64,000 nucleotides of DNA. Origin: an uncultured Pseudomonadota bacterium. GTDB taxonomy: Bacteria > Pseudomonadota > Gammaproteobacteria > Burkholderiales > Rhodocyclaceae. How positions within the stretch are numbered: position 1 is the first letter of the stretch; the number at the start of each line of letters is the position of its first letter. The stretch is from NCBI GenBank assembly GCA_903951825.1, contig CAJBDJ010000003.1, positions 33,073-97,072 of the forward strand. Reading direction: 5' to 3'. A program made the position numbers and the translations under genes. The notes below the pieces were generated by a model, which searched no databases, was not told the origin of the DNA, and saw only the letters and a list, made by a program, of their open reading frames with translations. Positions 21,603-30,673 of this stretch are shown here, piece by piece.

Positions 21603-22004
21603 CGGTTCCCGCTTTAGCAGTATTTATAGCGCCCGCAATCAGAGCTCAAATCGGCGCCGCCGGTACCATCCCGACGTCCGGCAGACAATACCGAGCAGGG
21701 CAATAAAAGTCAATCAAAACAATGCCTGGGTCGAGCAGTGGCCGGCGTTGAACGCTGTCGTTGGCGGTTGTAGAACAGCGCGATGTGGTTAAGGCGGGTA
21801 GCAGCGCATGGCTTGTTCCTTGAGCTTGTCCCGAGACAGCGGGGAAACGGGGGATTCAGGATAAAATTGGTCAAGTTTTTACTCTGTGCGGTTGCGGCGT
21901 GAGATGACCGAATTTGTGCAACTGCCCGGAATGACGCGGGTGGCGGGTGCCGGGGTCGATTTTGCTGCTGCCGTTTTCGCGTAACTGATCTGAGTGCCGC
22001 CATC

Positions 22005-22853
22005 ATGAGCAACGCCAGTACCTTCAAGATTCTTGAAGATATCGCCCGGGATTTGTCGGGCGACCACATTTCTTTTCCGACTTTTCTCGATATTACTTTT
22101 CAGGTGCGCTCGGCGCTCAAGGATGAGAATTTGAATGTCGAGAAGCTCTCTCAGCTGGTCAGCGCCGAGCCCTTGATGAGCGCCAAGATTATTCGCATGG
22201 CGAATTCGGTGGCGTTGAATCCTTCTGGGCGCGAGGTGGCCGATGTTCGGAGTGCAATTGTGCGGATTGGCATGGAGGCGGTGCGCACAGTGTCTTTTGC
22301 GGTGGCCATGGAGCAGTTGCTCAAATCGAAGCAAATGCAGCCTTTCGAGGGCATTTCGCAGCGTTTGTGGGAGCACACCGCCCACGTTGCCGCTCTGTGC
22401 CGCGTGCTGGCGCGCAAAATTGCGCGGAGCAATGGCGACGAGGCGATGTTTGCCGGCCTGGTGCACGATATCGGGGTGTTTTATTTGATGTCGCGGGCGG
22501 CCGGCTTTCCCGAGGTGACTGCCGACAAGCCGGCACTCTACGATTTGCTGGTTAACTGGCACGATAGTATCGGCCACGCCTTGCTCTCGGCGCTCGGTTT
22601 GCCCGAGTCCGTGCTGGTGGCCGTGCAGGAGCACGAGAACGACCGCGAGATCGTCGAGATCAAGACCCTGCCGGATGTGCTGTATGTCGCCAACAAGATC
22701 GCCAATCGCGTCTGCAGCTGGCGCGACCCGGAGTTTGATAGCGGCGTCGATACCTCCATGCTGGAAGCGTTTTTTGACGCGGAGACGCTGGCCGAAATCA
22801 TTGATGAATCGGAAGAGGAAGTACATTCGCTTAAGGCGGCGCTCGGCGCCTGA
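22005..22853 (+). CDS. HDOD domain signalling protein
   Basis: 282 aa. ...FPTFLDITFQVRSALKDEN...LSQLVSAEPLMSAKIIRMANS...LWEHTAHVAALCR...GLVHDIG has the HDOD layout. Confidence 0.85.
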   Translation: MSNASTFKILEDIARDLSGDHISFPTFLDITFQVRSALKDENLNVEKLSQLVSAEPLMSAKIIRMANSVALNPSGREVADVRSAIVRIGMEAVRTVSFAVAMEQLLKSKQMQPFEGISQRLWEHTAHVAALCRVLARKIARSNGDEAMFAGLVHDIGVFYLMSRAAGFPEVTADKPALYDLLVNWHDSIGHALLSALGLPESVLVAVQEHENDREIVEIKTLPDVLYVANKIANRVCSWRDPEFDSGVDTSMLEAFFDAETLAEIIDESEEEVHSLKAALGA

Positions 22854-22864
22854 TCTTCTCGACC

Positions 22865-24760
22865 GTGAGTGACGCACAACACAATTCGCCGGCATTGACC
22901 GGCAAGCGCCTCGCCGCCATGGCGCTCGCGGCGCTCGGCGTCGTCTATGGCGACATCGGCACCAGCCCGCTTTACGCGGTGAAGGAGGTATTTGCCGGAA
23001 ATCATCCGATTGCCGTCAATGAGGCGAATATCTACGGCAGCCTCTCGCTGTTTTTCTGGGCGCTGATCATCATTGTTTCGATCAAATACGTGATGTTCAT
23101 CATGCGCGCCGACAACCGTGGCGAAGGCGGCATCATGGCGTTGATTGCGTTGGCGCTGCGCGATGCGCAAGGCAAGCCACGCCAGACGCGGTTGATCATG
23201 GTCGTCGGTGTACTGGGCGCCGCCATGTTCTACGGCGACGGCATGGTGACACCGGCCATTTCGGTACTTTCAGCCGTTGAGGGGCTGGAAATTGCGACGC
23301 CGCTCCTCAAGCCCTTCGTGATTCCGCTGACGCTGATCGTTCTGTTTGCGCTTTTCTATGTGCAGCGCCACGGCACGGCGGTTGTCGGCGCCGCCTTTGG
23401 GCCGGTGATGCTCCTTTGGTTCAGCGTTCTGGCGGCGCTCGGCGTGCACAATGTGCTGGCTCATCCGGGAATATTTCATGCCCTCAATCCGCTTTACGGG
23501 ATTGAGTTCCTGCTTGCCAACAAGGCGACGGCGCTGATGGCGATGGGCAATGTCGTCCTCGCCGTGACCGGTGCCGAGGCGCTTTACGCCGACATGGGGC
23601 ATTTTGGACGCAAGCCGATTTCGCGCGCCTGGTTCGGGTTTGTGCTGCCGGCGCTGGTACTGAATTATTTTGGCCAGGGGGCGCTGATCCTTGCCGAGCC
23701 GGAGGCAGCCAAAAACCCCTTCTTCCTTTCGGCGCCCGAGTGGGCCTTGTATCCGCTCGTCGGGCTGGCCACGCTGGCGACGGTGATTGCCTCGCAAGCG
23801 GTGATTTCCGGCGCCTTTTCGGTGACGCGCCAAGCCATGCAACTGGGCTTTGTGCCGCGCATGGAGGTGCAGCACACGTCGGACAAGGAGGCCGGCCAGA
23901 TTTATGTGCCGGCGGTCAATTGGGGGCTGATGGTGGCCGTCATGATCCTCGTTCTCGGCTTCCGCTCGTCCAATAACCTCGCCGCCGCCTACGGCATTGC
24001 GGTGACCGGCGACATGGTGATTACCTCGATTCTCGCCACCGTCGTCGTCGCGCGCGTCTGGAAATGGGGCTGGTGGCGGGCGATGGCACTCTTTAGCTGC
24101 TTTCTTGTAATCGAACTCATTTTCCTCGCCGCGAACATCCTGAAAATCCCCGATGGCGGCTGGTTTCCGCTGGTTGCCGGCGTCGCCATTTTTGTCTTGA
24201 TGACGACCTGGAAGCGCGGTCGGCAGTTACTGGCCGAGCGCCTCGCCGGCGAGCGCCTGGAATTGTCGATGTTTCTCGCCTCGCTGGCCGTTTCGATGCC
24301 GACCCGTGTCGCCGGTACGGCGGTGTTTCTCAATACCGACCCGAACGGCGTACCGCACGCCATGTTGCACAACCTGATGCACAACAAGGTGCTGCATGAA
24401 CGTGTGGTGCTGGTTTCAGTACAGTTTTTTGACGTTCCCTACGTGCCGGAAATCGATCGTCTGGAAGTTCATCCCTTCCGCGAGAACTTCTGGAGTGTGA
24501 TCGTTCAGTACGGCTTCAAGGATGACCCAGACATTCCTGCTGCGTTGGCTCGTTGTGCCGATAGCGGACTGGAATTCAACGCTCTCGACACCTCTTATTT
24601 CATTGGCCGCGAGACGCTGATTCCGCGCCTCAATTCAGACATGGCTTTCTGGCGCGAAAAGCTGTTTGTCGCCATGTTCCGTAACGCCGGTTCGGCGACG
24701 GCGTATTTCAAGATTCCCAGTAACCGGGTGGTCGAACTGGGCACCCAGGTCGTTCTATAA
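22865..24760 (+). CDS. kup: KUP/HAK/KT potassium uptake protein
   Basis: 631 aa. ...LGVVYGDIGTSPLYA... is the canonical Kup N-terminal motif. GTG start. Confidence 0.95.
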   Translation: MSDAQHNSPALTGKRLAAMALAALGVVYGDIGTSPLYAVKEVFAGNHPIAVNEANIYGSLSLFFWALIIIVSIKYVMFIMRADNRGEGGIMALIALALRDAQGKPRQTRLIMVVGVLGAAMFYGDGMVTPAISVLSAVEGLEIATPLLKPFVIPLTLIVLFALFYVQRHGTAVVGAAFGPVMLLWFSVLAALGVHNVLAHPGIFHALNPLYGIEFLLANKATALMAMGNVVLAVTGAEALYADMGHFGRKPISRAWFGFVLPALVLNYFGQGALILAEPEAAKNPFFLSAPEWALYPLVGLATLATVIASQAVISGAFSVTRQAMQLGFVPRMEVQHTSDKEAGQIYVPAVNWGLMVAVMILVLGFRSSNNLAAAYGIAVTGDMVITSILATVVVARVWKWGWWRAMALFSCFLVIELIFLAANILKIPDGGWFPLVAGVAIFVLMTTWKRGRQLLAERLAGERLELSMFLASLAVSMPTRVAGTAVFLNTDPNGVPHAMLHNLMHNKVLHERVVLVSVQFFDVPYVPEIDRLEVHPFRENFWSVIVQYGFKDDPDIPAALARCADSGLEFNALDTSYFIGRETLIPRLNSDMAFWREKLFVAMFRNAGSATAYFKIPSNRVVELGTQVVL

Positions 24761-25243
24761 GCGGCGGATTGTTTCGAGCAGGGCGGTCGTCGACTTTTGG
24801 TGGATGAAGGGAATGGAATGAACCGTTCCGCCCCAGCCGAGTACCTCCGTACAGCCGACGATTTTTTCCGGCGGCCAGTCACCCCCTTTGACGAGTATCT
24901 CCGGCCGGCATTCGAGGATGCGCTGCAGCGGGGTGTCTTCGTCAAACCAGGTGACCAGCGAGACGCTGCCCAGTGCGGCGATGACGGCGAGTCGATCGGC
25001 CAGCGCATTGACCGGCCGCTCGGCGCCCTTGCCCAGGCGCTTGACCGAGGCATCGCTGTTGAGGGCAACGACCAGGCTGACACCGAGGGCGGCGGCTTGC
25101 GCCAGATAACTGACGTGGCCGCGATGGAGAATGTCGAAGCAGCCATTGGTAAAAACTAGGGGTCGGGCGATTTTGGCAACGGCTGCGCTCAGTTGCTCAG
25201 GCGGGCAGATTTTTGATTCGAAACACGGGGCGGCGTAGGTCAT
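24755..25243 (-). CDS. D-glycero-beta-D-manno-heptose 1-phosphate adenylyltransferase (RfaE domain II type)
   Basis: 162 aa cytidylyltransferase fold, FTNGCFDILHRGHVSYL. It is convergent with kup, and the two ends overlap by 6 nt. Confidence 0.85.
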   Translation of the reverse strand: MTYAAPCFESKICPPEQLSAAVAKIARPLVFTNGCFDILHRGHVSYLAQAAALGVSLVVALNSDASVKRLGKGAERPVNALADRLAVIAALGSVSLVTWFDEDTPLQRILECRPEILVKGGDWPPEKIVGCTEVLGWGGTVHSIPFIHQKSTTALLETIRRL

Positions 25244-25282
25244 TGGCGGGCGCGATCAAGAAGTAAGGCGCCATTTTAGGGC

Positions 25283-26194
25283 TTAAATGCCGGCTTGTTC
25301 GGCACGCCACCGGGTGATTGCGGCAATTGCCTCATCCAGAGAAGCGAGCAACTGGACGCCCTCCATTTTCGGCAGTCGCACGACACCGCTGCCGCCAACC
25401 CAAAGACTGACGGTAGCTGGCAAAACCATGCGTAATTGTTGCAGCAGCGCAGGAATCTGGCGCTGTGGAAAGGCGCCGGAAAACGACAGGGCAACAATAT
25501 CGGCATGATGCGCGCTGGCGGCGCGGGCAATTTCAAGCAGCGGCATCTGCGTGCCGAGCGGAATGCATTCGGCACCTTCGAGCGCAAACAAGGCTTCAGC
25601 CATCAACAGGCCGATGACGTGCGGCTCGTCGGGGACGCTGGTGAGCAGCACGCGCGGCGTGCGCTGGCCGCCGGGCAGGGTGGAAATGGCCTGGCGCAAC
25701 AGGCGCTTGGTTAGTTCGGTAAACAGATGTTCTTCAAAAACCTCGATGTTTCCCGCGACCCATGCCTCGCCGACGAGGCGCGTCAATGGTGCAATGGTGT
25801 CCTGGACAAAGCGCTGCATCCCCTGGCGCGCCAAACGCTGCTGCATTGCTTGCTGAAAACCGGCGGCATCATGCTGCTTGATCAGCAACAGCAGTTCGTC
25901 GAGATCCGCCGGCGCCGGGTTGTCTTCCGGCAGTCTACTCGCGGGGCGACGCGGGGCGAGGGCGGCGAGTTCGTCGTCGGCGCTGGCGATCAGCTTGCCG
26001 GGACGGTGCCCCTGATCGATCAGGCGCTTGATCAGCCGCAGACGCTCGACCTGGGCACCCGGATAGGCGCGCTCTCCGTTGGCGTCGCGGCTGGGTTCGG
26101 GGAAGCCGTAGCGCCGCTCCCACATCCGCAGAACGTCTTTCGAGAGACCGGTGTCACGTTCGACGGCGGCGATACTGAAATGAGTTGTTTCCAT
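25283..26194 (-). CDS. MerR-family regulator with B12-binding domain (CarH/LitR-type photoreceptor candidate)
   Basis: The N-terminal HTH reads FSIAAVERDTGLSKDVLRMWERRYG. The helical-bundle motif WVAGNIEVFEEH fits Wx9EH. The Rossmann B12 motif reads DEPHVIG (ExHxxG). I prefer ATG 26194 (METTHF) over 26209. Confidence 0.8.
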   Translation of the reverse strand: METTHFSIAAVERDTGLSKDVLRMWERRYGFPEPSRDANGERAYPGAQVERLRLIKRLIDQGHRPGKLIASADDELAALAPRRPASRLPEDNPAPADLDELLLLIKQHDAAGFQQAMQQRLARQGMQRFVQDTIAPLTRLVGEAWVAGNIEVFEEHLFTELTKRLLRQAISTLPGGQRTPRVLLTSVPDEPHVIGLLMAEALFALEGAECIPLGTQMPLLEIARAASAHHADIVALSFSGAFPQRQIPALLQQLRMVLPATVSLWVGGSGVVRLPKMEGVQLLASLDEAIAAITRWRAEQAGI

Positions 26195-26198
26195 ATTT

Positions 26199-26232
26199 GT
26201 CCTGAACAAAAGTTAGACAAAACCGTTGACAT
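26199..26232 (+). promoter_or_regulatory. three tandem about 11-bp direct repeats (T-N2-ACA), candidate CarH/LitR operator
   Basis: TGAACA, TAGACA and TTGACA have their ACA at 26206, 26217 and 26229, a spacing of 11 and 12 nt. The third repeat is the -35 hexamer of the gpx-operon promoter. Confidence 0.4.
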
Positions 26233-26254
26233 GCCAATTCTTGCTCGCTATCTT
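26226..26254 (+). promoter_or_regulatory. sigma70-type promoter of the gpx operon
   Basis: TTGACA (26226-26231), a 17-nt spacer, then TATCTT (26249-26254), about 34 nt upstream of the gpx ATG. Confidence 0.45.
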
Positions 26255-26278
26255 ACGAACGAAACCTTAATTTGTCTA
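26250..26278 (-). promoter_or_regulatory. candidate divergent promoter for the carH/litR-like gene
   Basis: The minus strand reads TAGACA, a 17-nt spacer, then TAAGAT. Its -10 overlaps the -10 of the plus-strand promoter. Confidence 0.3.
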
Positions 26279-26287
26279 GGACAAAAC

Positions 26288-26845
26288 ATGATCTCTGCCA
26301 TCAAGCGTTTTTTCGGTATCGCCGGCTTGTTATCGCTGGCTACGGTACCTCCGGCGCTCGCCGGCGAATGTCCGGCGCTCCTTAATTACAGCTTTCCGGC
26401 GCTGATTGACGGCAAGCCGCAATCGCTTTGCCAATATCAGGGCAAAGTGATTCTCGTCGTCAACACGGCTAGCTTTTGCGGCTTCACCTCGCAATACGAA
26501 GGACTCGAAAAGCTCTATGCCCGCCTCAAGGACAAGGGCTTGGTGGTACTCGGCTTTCCCTCGAATGACTTTGGCCAGCAGGAGCCGGGCGGAAGCAAGG
26601 AAATCGCCGATTTTTGCCGCCTGACTTACGGCGTCGAGTTTCCCATGCTGGCCAAAACTGTCGTCAAGGGAGACCAGGCCAATCCGTTTTACGTCAGACT
26701 GCGCGAAATCACCGGCAGCAAACCGCGCTGGAATTTTCATAAATACCTGATCAATCGCGATGCCACCCAGGTGGCGGCCTTCGGCTCGATGACTGCGCCG
26801 GATGACCGGGATTTACTGAAGAAGATTGACGAATTTCTCAAGTGA
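26288..26845 (+). CDS. glutathione peroxidase (secreted or periplasmic form)
   Basis: The internal ATG 26288 of ORF 25727..26845 gives a signal peptide. It is followed by VILVVNTASFCGFT...LGFPSNDFGQQEPG...WNFHKYLI, the Cys-type GPx motifs. Confidence 0.9.
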   Translation: MISAIKRFFGIAGLLSLATVPPALAGECPALLNYSFPALIDGKPQSLCQYQGKVILVVNTASFCGFTSQYEGLEKLYARLKDKGLVVLGFPSNDFGQQEPGGSKEIADFCRLTYGVEFPMLAKTVVKGDQANPFYVRLREITGSKPRWNFHKYLINRDATQVAAFGSMTAPDDRDLLKKIDEFLK

Positions 26846-26891
26846 CGGATAAATTGCCGCCCAGTCCAGCGTCGGAACAGGAGAGACAACA

Positions 26892-28202
26892 ATGAGCAGC
26901 GGGCAGAAAATTGCCGTCGTCGGTGCCGGAATTTCCGGGCTGGCGTGCGCCTGGCTGCTCAGTCGCCAGCATCAGGTGACCCTCTTCGAGGCCGGCGCCT
27001 ATCTCGGCGGTCACACCAATACGGTCGATGTGGTCGTCGACGGTAAATCGCATCCGGTTGATACCGGTTTTCTGGTCTTCAATGAAAAAACCTACCCTAA
27101 TCTGATCGCACTTTTCGATCTGCTGGGGGTGGAGAGTGTGGCGACCGAAATGTCGTTTGCCGTCAGCTTGCAAGAGCCTGCCATCGAATGGGCAGGCAGC
27201 AGTCTGGCGACGGTATTCGGGCAGAAGCGCAATCTCGTTCGCCGGCAGTTTTGGGCGATGCTTGCCGATATTTTGCGTTTCAATCGCGAGAGTGTCGCCT
27301 GGCTGGCGGCACACCCCGGCGATCAGCGCAGCCTGCACGATTTCCTCGTCGCCGGGCGCTACGCCGCCTCGTTTTCGGAATGGTACTTGCTGCCGATGGC
27401 GGCGGCCATCTGGTCGTGTCCAACCGGCCAGATGCTGGCGACGCCGTTGGCCACCTTCGTCCAGTTTTGCCAGAACCACGGCTTGTTGCAGATTTTTGAC
27501 CGGCCTCTGTGGCGCACCGTCAGCGGCGGCGGCCGTGAATACGTCCGGCGCCTCGCCGGGGCGCTCGCTGATGTCCGCCTCGCTTGCCCGGTCAACGCGG
27601 TGCACCGCGTCGGAAGCCGCTTGCAGCTGACGCACGCTGCCGGCAACGAAACCTTTGATCAGGTGGTGATGGCTTGCCACAGCGACCAGACTCTGGCCAT
27701 TCTCGGCCCGATGGCCAGTGACGCGCAGCGTGAACTGCTGTCGGCGGTTCGCTATCAGTCCAACCGCGCCGTCCTGCACAGCGATGCGGCCTTGCTGCCG
27801 CGCGACAAAAATCTCTGGTCGGCGTGGAATTATTTTGCCGGCAGCGGCGAACCGGGTGCCCAGCCGGTGGCCGTCTCGTATCTGATCAACAAGCTGCAGC
27901 CCCTGCCCTTCGCGACGCCGGTGGTGGTTACGCTGAATCCGGCGCGCGCCCCGGATCCGGCCAAGGTAATTGCCGAGTTCGATTACGCTCACCCGATCTT
28001 CGATGGCGCGGCGATTGCTGCCCAGCAACGGCTGGCGGGGCTGCAGGGAATCAACGGCGTCTGGCTGGCGGGTGCCTGGGGCGGTTATGGCTTCCATGAA
28101 GACGGCTTGAAATCGGCCTTGCGGGTCGCCAATCGCCTCGGCGTCAGGGCGCCCTGGCAGGACGCCAGCGCTTTGCCGGTGCCTGAATTGCCGGCGGCAT
28201 AA
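26892..28202 (+). CDS. FAD/NAD(P)-binding amine-oxidase-like oxidoreductase
   Basis: 436 aa with the N-terminal dinucleotide fold KIAVVGAGISGLACAWLL...LFEA..YLGGHT. Confidence 0.85.
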   Translation: MSSGQKIAVVGAGISGLACAWLLSRQHQVTLFEAGAYLGGHTNTVDVVVDGKSHPVDTGFLVFNEKTYPNLIALFDLLGVESVATEMSFAVSLQEPAIEWAGSSLATVFGQKRNLVRRQFWAMLADILRFNRESVAWLAAHPGDQRSLHDFLVAGRYAASFSEWYLLPMAAAIWSCPTGQMLATPLATFVQFCQNHGLLQIFDRPLWRTVSGGGREYVRRLAGALADVRLACPVNAVHRVGSRLQLTHAAGNETFDQVVMACHSDQTLAILGPMASDAQRELLSAVRYQSNRAVLHSDAALLPRDKNLWSAWNYFAGSGEPGAQPVAVSYLINKLQPLPFATPVVVTLNPARAPDPAKVIAEFDYAHPIFDGAAIAAQQRLAGLQGINGVWLAGAWGGYGFHEDGLKSALRVANRLGVRAPWQDASALPVPELPAA

Positions 28203-28209
28203 GCGCAGG

Positions 28210-28974
28210 ATGGCCAACGCTCCCAAACTGATCATCGGCCAGGTCATGCACCGGCGCTTGCGTCCGGTCGAGAATGCTTTTGTCTATCCGGTTTTTTATA
28301 TTCAGGTGCCGGTCAACGATCTGGCTTCGGCGCAATGTGCCATTTTTTCGGTGGATCGCGGCAATCTGCTCAGCATTCGCCAGAAAGACCACGGGCCGCG
28401 CGATGGCAGTCCGCTCTTGCCGTGGATTCAGGAGCGTCTGCGCGAAAGCGGCTTGCCGGACGATGGCGCAATCACCCTCCAATGCTTTCCGCGCGTGCTG
28501 GGTTACGTCTTCAATCCGGTCAGTTTCTGGTTTTGCCGCAATCGCGCTGGCGAGCTGATTGCCGTTCTTGCCGAAGTCAGCAATACCTTCGGCGGGCGTT
28601 ACAGTTATTTGCTGCACCGCCCGGACAAGACGCCGCTGCGCGACGGCGAGGTGCTGGTGGCACGCAAGGTGTTTCATGTCTCGCCGTTTTGCGAGGTGCA
28701 GGGCGGCTACCGTTTCCGCTTTTATCTTGAGCGCCCGGCGCTGTTGGCGCGTATCGATTACGACGACGATGGCGGAGAACTTTTGCTCACCGCCATTTCA
28801 GGCAAGGCGCGCGGCTGGAGCACGCGCAGTCTGCTCGCCGCCTTTGCCAGAATGCCCATGCTGACCGCCGGCGTCATGCTCCGCATTCATTGGCAGGCGC
28901 TCAAGCTCTATCTCAAAAAAGTGCCTTTCTTCGGCAAAGGCCTCCCCCAACCCGCACAGGAAGCGACCAAATGA
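28210..28974 (+). CDS. DUF1365 family protein
   Basis: 254 aa. ...GQVMHRRLRPVENAFVYPVFY...VFNPVSFWFC... is characteristic of DUF1365, which usually sits between the oxidase and the CFA-synthase-like gene. Confidence 0.8.
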   Translation: MANAPKLIIGQVMHRRLRPVENAFVYPVFYIQVPVNDLASAQCAIFSVDRGNLLSIRQKDHGPRDGSPLLPWIQERLRESGLPDDGAITLQCFPRVLGYVFNPVSFWFCRNRAGELIAVLAEVSNTFGGRYSYLLHRPDKTPLRDGEVLVARKVFHVSPFCEVQGGYRFRFYLERPALLARIDYDDDGGELLLTAISGKARGWSTRSLLAAFARMPMLTAGVMLRIHWQALKLYLKKVPFFGKGLPQPAQEATK

Positions 28975-30170
28975 ATACGATGACTTTGCCCGAGAGCGAG
29001 CGCCGGACGGCGACGCCGTCGCGCGATACGCGGCTGGTTTTTCAGTTACTTGAAAAGATCCGCCAGGGTCGCCTCGAAATTCGCTTGCCGGATGGCGGCA
29101 GCCGGGTCTTCGGCGAGGGCGAGCATGGCGTCAGTATGCAGGTACATGATGAAATCATTTTCAGCCAGGTGCTGGCGCGCGGTGACATCGGCCTTGCCGA
29201 AGCCTATATCGACGGCGCCTGGGACAGCCCCGACCTGACCGGCGTGATGACGCTGCTGGCCGGCAATCGCGACGTTCTGCGCCGCGCCGTTTATGGCCGC
29301 TGGCGGTCGCTGCTGCTGGCGCGCATCCGGCACTGGCTGAACAACAACAGCAAGACCGGCAGTCGCAAGAACATCATGGCGCACTACGATCTCGGCAATG
29401 ACTTCTACAAGCGCTGGCTTGACCCCGGAATGAGCTACTCAAGCGCCCTCTATCGGGCAGTCGATGGTGGCGATCTGGAGCTGGCTCAGCGCGCCAAGTA
29501 CAGCCGCATCCTGCGCCGGCTGGGCGTCGGGCGCGGTCAGCACGTACTCGAAATTGGCTGCGGCTGGGGCGGCTTTGCCGAAATGGCCGTTGCCGCTGGC
29601 ATCAAGACCACCGGCGTCACCCTCTCACCAGCGCAACTGGCCTGGGCGCAAGCGCGGGTACCGGAGGCTGATCTGCGACTGCAGGACTACCGCGACATCG
29701 ATCAGCAGTTCGATCACATCGTTTCGATAGAAATGTTTGAGGCGGTCGGCGAACGTTGGTGGCCGAGCTATTTCAAAACCTTGAAAAATGCGCTCAAACC
29801 CGGCGGCCGTGCGGTGATCCAGAGCATCACGATCAGCGACGACATTTTTGCCGACTATCGCAAGGGAACCGACTTCATCCAGCAGCACGTCTTTCCCGGC
29901 GGCATGTTGCCCTCGCGTGCGGCGTTCCGCGCGGCAGCGGCAAAACAGGGGCTGACGGTACGCAACGAATACGCTTTCGGCACCGACTATGCCCGCACGC
30001 TGGCCGCCTGGCGCCTGAATTTCGAGGAACAGTGGCCGCACATCGCCGCCCAGGGATTTGACGAAACCTTCCACCGCCTGTGGCGCATGTACCTCTGCTA
30101 CTGCGAAGCGGGGTTTCTCGCCGGCACGGTCGATGTCGTCCATTTCGAACTGGATCATGCAACGCCGTGA
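28971..30170 (+). CDS. cyclopropane-fatty-acyl-phospholipid synthase family SAM-dependent methyltransferase
   Basis: ATG 28971 makes an ATGA overlap with the previous stop. Motifs are HYDLGNDFY and VLEIGCGWGG, with the C-terminus ...FHRLWRMYLCYCEAGF. Confidence 0.9.
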   Translation: MNTMTLPESERRTATPSRDTRLVFQLLEKIRQGRLEIRLPDGGSRVFGEGEHGVSMQVHDEIIFSQVLARGDIGLAEAYIDGAWDSPDLTGVMTLLAGNRDVLRRAVYGRWRSLLLARIRHWLNNNSKTGSRKNIMAHYDLGNDFYKRWLDPGMSYSSALYRAVDGGDLELAQRAKYSRILRRLGVGRGQHVLEIGCGWGGFAEMAVAAGIKTTGVTLSPAQLAWAQARVPEADLRLQDYRDIDQQFDHIVSIEMFEAVGERWWPSYFKTLKNALKPGGRAVIQSITISDDIFADYRKGTDFIQQHVFPGGMLPSRAAFRAAAAKQGLTVRNEYAFGTDYARTLAAWRLNFEEQWPHIAAQGFDETFHRLWRMYLCYCEAGFLAGTVDVVHFELDHATP

Positions 30171-30672
30171 ATTCGTCCTCGCCGGCCTCGCCTGCGCCCT
30201 GTCACCGGCGGCGCAGGCGACGCCCAGTCTCGCGGCGCTGACCGCCGGCCTCCGGCGCTGGGGTAGCGGCGAGTTCCGGCGTTGGGGCTTTCTGGTCTAC
30301 GAAGCAAGTTTGTGGGCGTCTGCTGAAGACCCTCTGCAGCCACCGTTGGCGCTTGCCCTGACCTACAAGCGCCAACTCGACGGAGCAAAAATTGCCGAGG
30401 CCAGCGTCAGCGAAATCCGCAATCTGCAAATGGCCGATGCCAGCACACTGAACGCCTGGGGCCAGCAGATGGCGACCATTTTTCCTGATGTCAAAGCCGG
30501 CGACCGCATCGTCGGCGTCTACCTGCCCGGCGGCGCACGTTTTTTTTACAACGGGCAGTGGATAGGCAGCATCGATGATCCGGCTTTCGCCCGCGCTTTT
30601 TTTGCTATCTGGCTCGACGTGCGAACCAGTGCGCCGGAATTGCGCAGCCTGCTCCTGACGCGGCCGACCTGA
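30157..30672 (+). CDS. chalcone-isomerase-like family protein with signal peptide
   Basis: ATG 30157 overlaps the previous gene. The product reads MQRREFVLAGLACALSPAAQA. The family call rests on the usual content of this gene neighbourhood and on size, so it is tentative. Confidence 0.55.
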   Translation: MQRREFVLAGLACALSPAAQATPSLAALTAGLRRWGSGEFRRWGFLVYEASLWASAEDPLQPPLALALTYKRQLDGAKIAEASVSEIRNLQMADASTLNAWGQQMATIFPDVKAGDRIVGVYLPGGARFFYNGQWIGSIDDPAFARAFFAIWLDVRTSAPELRSLLLTRPT

Positions 30673-30673
30673 G

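Noticed and set aside
21600-21680. Calling the metX leader a SAM-II riboswitch
   Set aside because: A GCGCC...GGCGC stem and a GCUAAAGC tail are present, but I could not build the required pseudoknot pairing by eye. I kept it only as an unclassified attenuator candidate.
21879-22895. 338 aa minus-strand ORF
   Set aside because: It is antisense to the HDOD gene. The same logic applies to 26838..28247 (antisense to the FAD oxidoreductase), 38090..39484 and 38040..39035 (antisense or out of frame with ABC-F), and 62408..63736 (antisense to AddB-like).
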